Source of the DNA: a bacterium
GTDB lineage: Bacteria; Bacillota; Clostridia; Oscillospirales; Acutalibacteraceae
Direction of reading: 5' to 3'
Length of the DNA: 64,000 nucleotides
NCBI GenBank assembly: GCA_963605415.1
Contig: CAVCUL010000002.1
Coordinates: 169,231-233,230, forward strand
The position numbers and the translations under genes are program-made. The notes beneath the pieces were generated by a model that had not been told where the DNA came from, ran no database searches, and worked only from the letters and a program-made list of their open reading frames with translations. Positions 18,172-24,956 of this stretch are shown in pieces. Each line of letters starts with the position of its first letter. The first letter of the stretch is position 1.

Positions 18172-20090
18172 CGTACCACACCTCCTAACGCAATGACGGT
18201 ATAGATCAAGATAGCCGCCGTGGAGAGCACCACGCTGGGCTTCCACAGCTTGGCCTCGCCGAACAGGTCGGTCAAGTACCAGTTGGTGATCCAGGAGTGC
18301 TTGGGCTCGCCCATAGCGTCATAAAAATAAGTCTGCTTGCCGGTATTTACTCCGGCCAGGTAAGTATCTTCAAAGGTGATGTGGGAGCGGCGCAGCAGGA
18401 TCATGGTCACCATCGGCACCACAAAGATCAGCACCAGCATAATGATCATAATGAGAATATTGTCACTGGACAGCACCGCCGAGGCGTGGCCGTACACACC
18501 GGCCAGGTAGGGGGTGACCACGAATTTGGACACCGCCGGGAATGCAAAGCACAGCAGCACCATCAGCGCGGAGTGAATGAGCAGCGAGGCCCACTGGCCC
18601 CGGGAGGTGGTGTTCTTTTGCCGCTGGTCCTTGCGGTTCCAGGACAGCACGGTGGCCACCCACTTGGTCCAGTAAAACAGGGTGGTGGCGGAGCCAAAGC
18701 AGATAAACAGCACCAGGATAATGGAGCCGCTGTCCACAAAGGCCTTCAGCGCCGCCCACTTGGAGATGAGCATACCAAAGGGCGCCAGGAACATACCGGC
18801 AATGCCGATGGACAGAGTCAGCGCCAGTCGGGGGTGCCGGGCGATCAGCCCGTGCATGGACTCGATATCCCGGCTGCCGGTGGCGTTCTCAATGGCGCCA
18901 ACCGTCTGGAACAGCAGGGATTTGGACACCGCGTGGAAGATCAGCAGCAGCACGGCGGCCCACACCGTCTCCTGCCGGCCCACACCGGCACAGGCGGCAA
19001 TTAATCCCAGGTTAGAGATGGTAGAGTAGGCCAGCACGGCCTTGCCGTCGCTGACGGTAATAGCCAGCATGGAAGTAATCAAAAAAGTGAAGCCCCCCAC
19101 CAGGCTTACCATAGAGCCTGCATAGGTGTCTCGCATGACCGGCGCCAGGCGGATCAGCAGGTACACACCGGCCTTGACCATGGTGGCGCTGTGCAGCAGG
19201 GCAGAGGAGGGCGTGGGTGCCACCATTGCCCCCAGCAGCCAGCGGGAAAAGGGCAGTTGTGCACTTTTGGTCAGCGCAGCAAAGGCCAGCAAAATCACCG
19301 GCGCCGCCACCAGTTTGCCGTCGCACAGGATTAGGCTTTGCAGGTCCGTGACCCCAAAGCGCACCCCGGCCCAAAAAATGGCTGCCGCAAAGCCCAGCCC
19401 GCCCAGCAGGTTCATCCACAGGGCGCGGAAGCTGTTTTGCACCGCCTCCCGGGTGCGGGTGTAGCCGATGAGCAGGAAGGACACAATGCTGGTGATCTCC
19501 CAAAAGAAATAGAGCCACAGCAGGTTATTGGACAGCACCAGACCGAACATGGCGCCTAAAAACACATACAGCATGGCAAAGAAAAAGCGCCGCCGGTCGG
19601 TAAATTCCTTATGGTGGTTATGGTAATCACGCATATAACCCACTGCATATACTGTGATGAGTGTGCCTACAATGGCTATGATCAGTACCATAATGACCGT
19701 CAGTTCGTCTACAAACAGGTTGTAGGTTTGCACGGCGGGCTTATAGCCCCCCAGTTCGTATACAAAGGTCAGCACCGTTTGTACAATGGACAGCACCGCC
19801 ACATAGTAGCGCCGGTACTTAATGCCCAGTGCGGTGATCAGTACCATAAAGCCGGCCTCCAGTGCCAGCATGGTATGGTCAATGACCCCGCCGCCCTGTA
19901 AAAAGCGCAGCTGTAAATTCTCCCCCGAGAAGAAACACACGGCAAAGGCCAAGGCGCTGGCAATCAGCACCCCGGCACTGCCATAGACGATGATCCGGCG
20001 GATACGGTTGTTGCCGCACAGTGCCAGCAACAGGGCGCTGACAAAGGGCAGGAACACCAGGACCGCCAGCATGATCTGCATCTGTTCCAT
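18168..20090 (-). CDS. echA: Ech hydrogenase antiporter-like membrane subunit A (NuoL/HyfB-like)
   Basis: 640-aa polytopic ORF. FFWEITS..., TKSAQLPFSRWLLGAMVAPTPSSALLHSATMVKAGVYL Mrp/NuoL signature. AAGGAGAA RBS. Confidence 0.9.
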   Translation of the reverse strand: MEQMQIMLAVLVFLPFVSALLLALCGNNRIRRIIVYGSAGVLIASALAFAVCFFSGENLQLRFLQGGGVIDHTMLALEAGFMVLITALGIKYRRYYVAVLSIVQTVLTFVYELGGYKPAVQTYNLFVDELTVIMVLIIAIVGTLITVYAVGYMRDYHNHHKEFTDRRRFFFAMLYVFLGAMFGLVLSNNLLWLYFFWEITSIVSFLLIGYTRTREAVQNSFRALWMNLLGGLGFAAAIFWAGVRFGVTDLQSLILCDGKLVAAPVILLAFAALTKSAQLPFSRWLLGAMVAPTPSSALLHSATMVKAGVYLLIRLAPVMRDTYAGSMVSLVGGFTFLITSMLAITVSDGKAVLAYSTISNLGLIAACAGVGRQETVWAAVLLLIFHAVSKSLLFQTVGAIENATGSRDIESMHGLIARHPRLALTLSIGIAGMFLAPFGMLISKWAALKAFVDSGSIILVLFICFGSATTLFYWTKWVATVLSWNRKDQRQKNTTSRGQWASLLIHSALMVLLCFAFPAVSKFVVTPYLAGVYGHASAVLSSDNILIMIIMLVLIFVVPMVTMILLRRSHITFEDTYLAGVNTGKQTYFYDAMGEPKHSWITNWYLTDLFGEAKLWKPSVVLSTAAILIYTVIALGGVVR

Positions 20091-20130
20091 GGTTTCGTCT
20101 TTCTCCTTGCTAAATTAATATATTATAATT

Positions 20131-20159
20131 ATAGTAGCACGAACGGCAGCGTCGGTCAA
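20131..20159 (-). promoter_or_regulatory. candidate promoter of the ech-hyp operon
   Basis: On the minus strand: TTGACC (20159-20154), 17 nt, TACTAT (20136-20131), followed by an AT-rich leader and the echA RBS. Confidence 0.5.
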
Positions 20160-20280
20160 TAAGGAAAAAATAATGGACAACAGACCGGCGATTTTGTCCC
20201 GTATTTTTGGAAAAAAACAGATGCTGAAAAAGTGCACAAGAAAGATGAAAAAAGAATTACATTTTTGTTACAATTTTATG

Positions 20281-20309
20281 TTGCCTTTTTGTATTTCCTG
20301 CTATATAAT
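20281..20309 (+). promoter_or_regulatory. candidate promoter of the deacetylase-FRG gene pair
   Basis: TTGCCT (20281-20286), 17 nt, TATAAT (20304-20309), then GAGAGGAGG RBS and ATG 20340. Confidence 0.55.
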
Positions 20310-20339
20310 CATCTTGATAAGAGAGGAGGCTGTCCAATT

Positions 20340-21668
20340 ATGGCAAACAGAGTGCGCGTAATTGCGCTCTTTCTGGTACTGGCAATTCTGGCGGCGACCT
20401 TTGGCGCTGTGTCTGTGGTGCAGGCCAAAACGGTCAAGGCAGTAGAAACGCTGGAGGTCACCGAAGAGGGAAAGCAAACGGATTGTGCCTTGTGGTGGCG
20501 CCGGGTGAAGGGCGCCGACGGATACCAGATCTTTCAGGCAACCGGTGATAAAAAGAATTACAATAGAGTAAAAACCGTTACGGGCAAAAAAAACAATCGG
20601 GTTCAGTTGAAGGATTTAACGCCGGCCACGGTGTACCGTTACAAGGTGCGGGCTTACAAAGTCTATAGAGATCAGGAATATACCGGCGATTTCAGCCCGG
20701 AGGTGACAGCATACACATTGCCAAGCACGCCCCAGGTGGAGGTGTCTTCCCTGGCAGAAGGCTCCATGAACCTGCGCTGGTCTACGGATGCGGGGGCAGC
20801 GGGCTATCAGCTGCAATATGCCCAAAGTAAAGACTTTGGAGACGATGCAAAAACTACGGATTACAAAGCCGGCCAAAGCAGTGCCGTGCTTGAGAAGTTG
20901 ACGGAAAAGGCCACTTATTATGTGCGTATGCGCGGCAGTATGACTGTAGGCAAAAATACGGAGTATGGTCCTTGGAGCGAAGTGAAAAGCGTCAAGATCA
21001 CAGAGACGGTGAGGATGTCTACCGATATTGATAAGGACAAGCCGATGGTGGCTCTATCCTTCGACGACGGGCCGTCCTTTGACGGCTCTACCGGCCGCAT
21101 TTTGGATGTGCTGGAGAAGTATGGCGCTCATGCCACCTTCTTTATGGTGGGCACCCGGATCAATGACAACACCAAGAAATACTTAAAGCGGGAGTTGGAA
21201 TTGGGCTGCGAACTGGGCAACCATACGTATAATCACGATCATTACGGCAAGACCGTAACAGAGGCAGATGTGATCAAGTGCTCGGATGCAGTGTACAAAG
21301 CCTGCGGTAAGCGGCCTACGGCGTTCCGTTGCCCCGGCGGCAATATGAGCAGCGTTATGCAGAATGCAGCCAAAAAAGAGGGCATGGTCATTGCCTACTG
21401 GTCTGTGGATACAGAGGACTGGAAGTCCAGAAATCCGGCCAAGATTATCAGTCGGGCAGAAAATGGCGCGTACGATGGCTGTATTATTCTGATGCATGAT
21501 ATTTATTCCACCACCGCTGATGCCGTGGAAAAGATTGTGCCGGCACTGGTGAAAAAGGGCTATCAGATCGTAACGGTGTCTGAGATGATCCAGGCAAAAA
21601 CCGGTAAGGCCCCCAAGGCCGGCCAGCAGTATATCGACTACAAGACCATTAACAACAATACCCACTGA
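20340..21668 (+). CDS. secreted polysaccharide deacetylase (NodB/CE4 domain) with two N-terminal Fn3-like domains
   Basis: ORF 20232..21668(+) trimmed to ATG 20340. Signal peptide ...AATFGAVSVVQA. Two WxxVxGAxGYQ.. Fn3-like units. NodB motifs LSFDDGP, HTYNH and LMHD. Confidence 0.85.
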   Translation: MANRVRVIALFLVLAILAATFGAVSVVQAKTVKAVETLEVTEEGKQTDCALWWRRVKGADGYQIFQATGDKKNYNRVKTVTGKKNNRVQLKDLTPATVYRYKVRAYKVYRDQEYTGDFSPEVTAYTLPSTPQVEVSSLAEGSMNLRWSTDAGAAGYQLQYAQSKDFGDDAKTTDYKAGQSSAVLEKLTEKATYYVRMRGSMTVGKNTEYGPWSEVKSVKITETVRMSTDIDKDKPMVALSFDDGPSFDGSTGRILDVLEKYGAHATFFMVGTRINDNTKKYLKRELELGCELGNHTYNHDHYGKTVTEADVIKCSDAVYKACGKRPTAFRCPGGNMSSVMQNAAKKEGMVIAYWSVDTEDWKSRNPAKIISRAENGAYDGCIILMHDIYSTTADAVEKIVPALVKKGYQIVTVSEMIQAKTGKAPKAGQQYIDYKTINNNTH

Positions 21669-21669
21669 T

Positions 21670-22668
21670 ATGAATTTGTTGACAAGAGCCAAACAAACAG
21701 AAATGGACCTGCGCGCCCGCTTTGCAGACGATAAGTTTGCGGAGTGGGAGGCGCAGGTCATTGACGCTTTAGATGTAGATTTTTCTCTGGTGCGCCGGGA
21801 GGTGCACACCCTGGAAGAATTTGAGCGACAGCTGAAAGCGCCGTTCCTGGAGAAAAAAGAAAAGATCTTTTATCGGGGCGAGCGGGTAGACGATCGCAGC
21901 CGACCGCTGATCCCTACCATTTTTCGTAATCGGCAGGCACTGTTTGGCGATGGGGATGCAGTGGCCAAGGTGACAGCGGATTTTGTGTATGACTTTTACA
22001 GTCGGGACGGCAGTTATATGCACCTGTATGAGAAGGTAATGGACCCGCAGCCTCGGCAAAATCTTTACCGTCTGTTTGCCTTTTCTCAGCATTATTTGGA
22101 TGTGTCGCCCTTTGTGGATTTTACCAAGAGCCTGTATGTGGCTCTGTCCTTTGCACTGAAGAACCGACAGGTCTACCCGGCACCTCTGGTGCTTTATACG
22201 GTAAAAATTCGGGACGATCAGGACTACACCGAGTCCCTGGCTACGGCCAATGCCTGGCTGGAGGACTACAAGGTGTATGTGTTCCGGCAGCGGGAGGACT
22301 ATATTCGGAGCCTGATGCAGAGCGGTGCCGCCGGGCTGCGCCAAATGCTGCGGCAAATGGAACGGGAACGCCAGGATATGGCTTTACTGGGCAACGCCCC
22401 CAGCGCTAAGCTGATCGGTATTCCTACCAATGACCTGATGCGCTACCAGCAGGGCGTGTTTTTGCTGCTGACGGATTTTTCCCTGATGTTTAACGGTTAT
22501 CCCACCAAGAATATTCGGGAGGATTTTGAGGTGACCAAGTGGATTTTGGATGCTGAGATCTGCCCGGCGTTGCTGCAAATGATCGAGCAGGAGGCTCCCT
22601 GGTACAATTATGACTGCCTGCTGGATGTAAAAACCGGATTTGAAAAGGCAGCTAAATTTGATTTGTAA
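21670..22668 (+). CDS. FRG-domain protein (PF08867-like), function unknown
   Basis: 332-aa ORF starting 1 nt after the deacetylase stop. IFYRGERVD...LIPTIFR, AFSQHYLDVSPFVDFTKSLYVALSFAL and NDLMRYQQGVFLL match the three conserved FRG blocks (FRG / QHYGxPTxLLDWT / RxxxQxGxF). Confidence 0.75.
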   Translation: MNLLTRAKQTEMDLRARFADDKFAEWEAQVIDALDVDFSLVRREVHTLEEFERQLKAPFLEKKEKIFYRGERVDDRSRPLIPTIFRNRQALFGDGDAVAKVTADFVYDFYSRDGSYMHLYEKVMDPQPRQNLYRLFAFSQHYLDVSPFVDFTKSLYVALSFALKNRQVYPAPLVLYTVKIRDDQDYTESLATANAWLEDYKVYVFRQREDYIRSLMQSGAAGLRQMLRQMERERQDMALLGNAPSAKLIGIPTNDLMRYQQGVFLLLTDFSLMFNGYPTKNIREDFEVTKWILDAEICPALLQMIEQEAPWYNYDCLLDVKTGFEKAAKFDL

Positions 22669-22684
22669 TCGGATTTGTAAATGC

Positions 22685-22721
22685 AAAAAGGACCGTACAG
22701 TGTACGGTCCTTTGGTTTTTT
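22685..22721 (+). terminator. intrinsic terminator after the FRG gene
   Basis: GGACCGTACA / TGTACGGTCC perfect palindrome followed by TTTGGTTTTTT. Confidence 0.8.
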
Positions 22722-22746
22722 CTCCCACAAAAGCGGGTGGATCTGC

Positions 22747-22770
22747 GGCGGGAGCAAGCCCCCGCCCTAC
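22747..22770 (-). repeat. REP-like unit (GTAG + GC hairpin), minus orientation
   Basis: The reverse complement reads GTAG GGCGGG GGCTTGCT CCCGCC. Confidence 0.6.
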
Positions 22771-22780
22771 GGTATTTAAC

Positions 22781-22806
22781 GGTGCGATGAGGGCATCGCA
22801 CCCTAC
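22781..22806 (-). repeat. REP-like unit (GTAG + GC hairpin), minus orientation
   Basis: The reverse complement reads GTAG GGTGCGAT GCCCTC ATCGCACC (8-bp stem). Confidence 0.7.
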
Positions 22807-22832
22807 AAATTGAATTTGATAAATAAAAAAAT

Positions 22833-22858
22833 GTAGGGCCCGATGCCCACATCGGGCC
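22833..22858 (+). repeat. REP-like unit (GTAG + GC hairpin), plus orientation
   Basis: GTAG GGCCCGAT GCCCAC ATCGGGCC. Same 26-nt architecture as 22781-22806, with compensatory stem changes. Confidence 0.7.
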
Positions 22859-22868
22859 GATTGTTTTA

Positions 22869-22933
22869 TCCCCTCAGTCGCAAAAATGCGACAGCACCTA
22901 ACCGGTGCCCGTCCCCTCTGTCGCTGCGCGACA
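22869..22933 (+). repeat. two direct copies of a second small hairpin motif (TCCCCTC-N-GTCGC-loop-GCGACA)
   Basis: 22869-22893 is TCCCCTCAGTCGCAAAAATGCGACA; 22912-22933 is TCCCCTCTGTCGCTGCGCGACA. Confidence 0.55.
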
Positions 22934-22999
22934 TCTCCCCGCACTGCTGGGAGTCACCCCTTTGTTACATAAAAAGGGGAGCCACATTGTATATAATCA

Positions 23000-23022
23000 G
23001 TAGGGGCGGCAACCTGCCGCCC
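23000..23022 (+). repeat. REP-like unit (GTAG + GC hairpin), plus orientation
   Basis: GTAG GGGCGGCA ACC TGCCGCCC (8-bp stem). Confidence 0.65.
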
Positions 23023-23045
23023 GCATTTATCAATAAAATCCAATC

Positions 23046-23076
23046 AAAAAGCACCCCGGTGGGGTGCTTTCCTTTT
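23046..23076 (-). terminator. intrinsic terminator after the Fe-ADH gene
   Basis: AGCACCCC GGT GGGGTGCT hairpin. On the minus strand it is followed by TTTTT, 6 nt downstream of the stop at 23082. Confidence 0.75.
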
Positions 23077-23081
23077 ATTCT

Positions 23082-24182
23082 TTATTCATGTACCAGGATC
23101 TTGCGGTACAGCGCTTCCACATCCTCTACCGCCAATTTGGTGGGGTTGTTGCCCAGGCGGCTGATGTCTACCGTTTGGGCAAAGGCGGCGCATTGCGCCG
23201 GGGTAGCGGCAGGCGGTTGCAGCTCCATTCTCTCCAGCAGGGAGCGGAAGATGGCGGCGCCGTCTGCGCCGTTTTGACCGCCCATCAGGGTGCCGATCTG
23301 GTCAAAGCCGGCCAGCACATAGTCCCGGCCCCGCGGGTCGTTTACCCGATCGTTGTGGGTGAGCATATAGTCCCAGATCTCTACCAGCCCAGCGGCAACG
23401 GAGTGGCCGTGGCTGGTGTGGCAGTGCATGGTGATGTTGTAGCACATGGCGTGGGCTGCCGTGGTGGAGGTAAAGTCAATGGCACGCCCGGCGTTGTAGG
23501 AGGCGCGGAGCATACCCGCATTGCCTGCCGGGGTGTTTGCCAAATAGCCGTCTAGGTGCTCAGAGTACAGGCGAATGGCCTTTTGGGCGTAGGTGCGGCT
23601 CTCCGGGGTGCTGCGCACGCTCCAGTAGCTCTCAATGGCGTGGCACAGAGCGTCCAGGCAGGTGCACTTGCGCTGGTAGTCCGGCACCGTCTGCAAAAAG
23701 GTGGGATCCAGCAGCACATAGCCGGGCAGGAACCCGGGGTGGCTGACGGAGTGCTTCTCGTCCTCGTTTACATAAAAGATGGAGTACCGGGTGGCCTCGC
23801 TGCCGGTGCCGCTGGTGGTGGGAATGGCCAAAAAGGGAATGTCATTGTCCCGCAGCTCCACATCGTAGCCCACCACACCAGGGTTGGTGATCAGCAGCTT
23901 GATCATTTTGGCGCTGTCCAGCGGTGAGCCGCCACCGGCGCCGATGATAAAGTCGCAGCCCTCTTTGCGGTATAATTCGGCAGCCGCCACCATATCCTCA
24001 TAGCGGGGATTGGGGCGCACTGTGTCCCATACCGTTAGGCGGCAGCGGTCTTGCAGGTAGGCAAAGGCCGCCGTCTTTTCAAAGCTCTTGCCGCAGCAGA
24101 GAAAGGGGCGATAGGCGCCGCAGTCCTCCAGCAGGGCAGGAATGTCCGTATAACTTTCAATAATACTTTCTTCAGTCCGCAT
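23082..24182 (-). CDS. iron-containing alcohol dehydrogenase family protein
   Basis: ORF 23082..24209(-). ATG at 24182 (MRTEESII...) overlaps the iolB stop by 11 nt. GAGGGSPLDSAK and His-rich metal site (HAMCY..H..HGHSVA). Confidence 0.8.
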   Translation of the reverse strand: MRTEESIIESYTDIPALLEDCGAYRPFLCCGKSFEKTAAFAYLQDRCRLTVWDTVRPNPRYEDMVAAAELYRKEGCDFIIGAGGGSPLDSAKMIKLLITNPGVVGYDVELRDNDIPFLAIPTTSGTGSEATRYSIFYVNEDEKHSVSHPGFLPGYVLLDPTFLQTVPDYQRKCTCLDALCHAIESYWSVRSTPESRTYAQKAIRLYSEHLDGYLANTPAGNAGMLRASYNAGRAIDFTSTTAAHAMCYNITMHCHTSHGHSVAAGLVEIWDYMLTHNDRVNDPRGRDYVLAGFDQIGTLMGGQNGADGAAIFRSLLERMELQPPAATPAQCAAFAQTVDISRLGNNPTKLAVEDVEALYRKILVHE

Positions 24183-24945
24183 TGGCAAGCCACTCATATT
24201 CCGGCACATAGATCCTGGTTTTGTCCCACGGGTCGCCGTCTAAGTGCCGGATCAGCCATACATAATACATCTCGTACCCGGGAGCGGTGACCTGCTGGTG
24301 AGCGTTGCCGCCCCGAATGCACAGGCAGTCACCGTTTTGTGTTTTATAAGGGGTGTCGCCCTCAAACCCGGCGCCGAAGCCCTCCGGGTGGTCAAACTGG
24401 TAGTAATACACCTCCGGCTGGGGGTGGTAGTGGGGCGGATAAGAGGACCAGCGCCCCGGCTGATTAAACACCTCGCCCATCACCAGGTTGGACTGGGGGG
24501 CGTTGTCCAGATCAAACATGGTGGCAACGATCCGGTGCCCGGTGCCGTTCCACTGACCCTTGCCGAACTCCTGGTACAGGCAGTTGCCCGGGTGGTAGAA
24601 TTCCGGTGCCCAGGTGCGATCATTGTCGGTCATTTGTACCAGCACCTGGCTGTGTTCCAGCGCGGTAACGGTGGCCTTGGTGCCCCGGCAAAAGTGCACG
24701 GCGTAGGGCTTCTTTTCAAATGGATCTTTGCGTTTGCAGGTCTCGTTTATGCTGTCGCCGACGGCAAAGTTCACCTGGCCGGACAGCAGCAGCACGGCGC
24801 ACTCCTTTTCTGTTTCTTCCAGGGTTAGGATATCGCCGGGAGCCAACTTTTGCACAAAGATGTCCATGAGCATATCGGCATTAACCCCGTCCATTTGGCA
24901 CAGGGTCTTGCGGCCGTTTTGGTCAAAATCCGAACGGTAAAGCAT
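24172..24945 (-). CDS. iolB: 5-deoxy-glucuronate isomerase (KduI/IolB cupin family)
   Basis: 257-aa ORF. ...GEVFNQPGRWSSYPPHYHPQPEVYYYQF... is typical of IolB. Confidence 0.8.
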   Translation of the reverse strand: MLYRSDFDQNGRKTLCQMDGVNADMLMDIFVQKLAPGDILTLEETEKECAVLLLSGQVNFAVGDSINETCKRKDPFEKKPYAVHFCRGTKATVTALEHSQVLVQMTDNDRTWAPEFYHPGNCLYQEFGKGQWNGTGHRIVATMFDLDNAPQSNLVMGEVFNQPGRWSSYPPHYHPQPEVYYYQFDHPEGFGAGFEGDTPYKTQNGDCLCIRGGNAHQQVTAPGYEMYYVWLIRHLDGDPWDKTRIYVPEYEWLANAD

Positions 24946-24956
24946 AGGCTTCCTCC

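Noticed and set aside
20173-20339. The N-terminal extension of the deacetylase ORF (start at 20232) and the 62-aa ORF 20173..20361.
   Set aside because: The extension lies in the AT-rich promoter region and would bury the signal peptide. ATG 20340 has a strong GAGAGGAGG RBS and yields a canonical signal peptide.
22735-23025. The hairpin-rich spacer as a CRISPR array.
   Set aside because: The units are in both orientations, irregularly spaced and of different sequence. There are no regular repeat-spacer periodicity, no leader and no cas genes. They fit REP-like palindromic units better.
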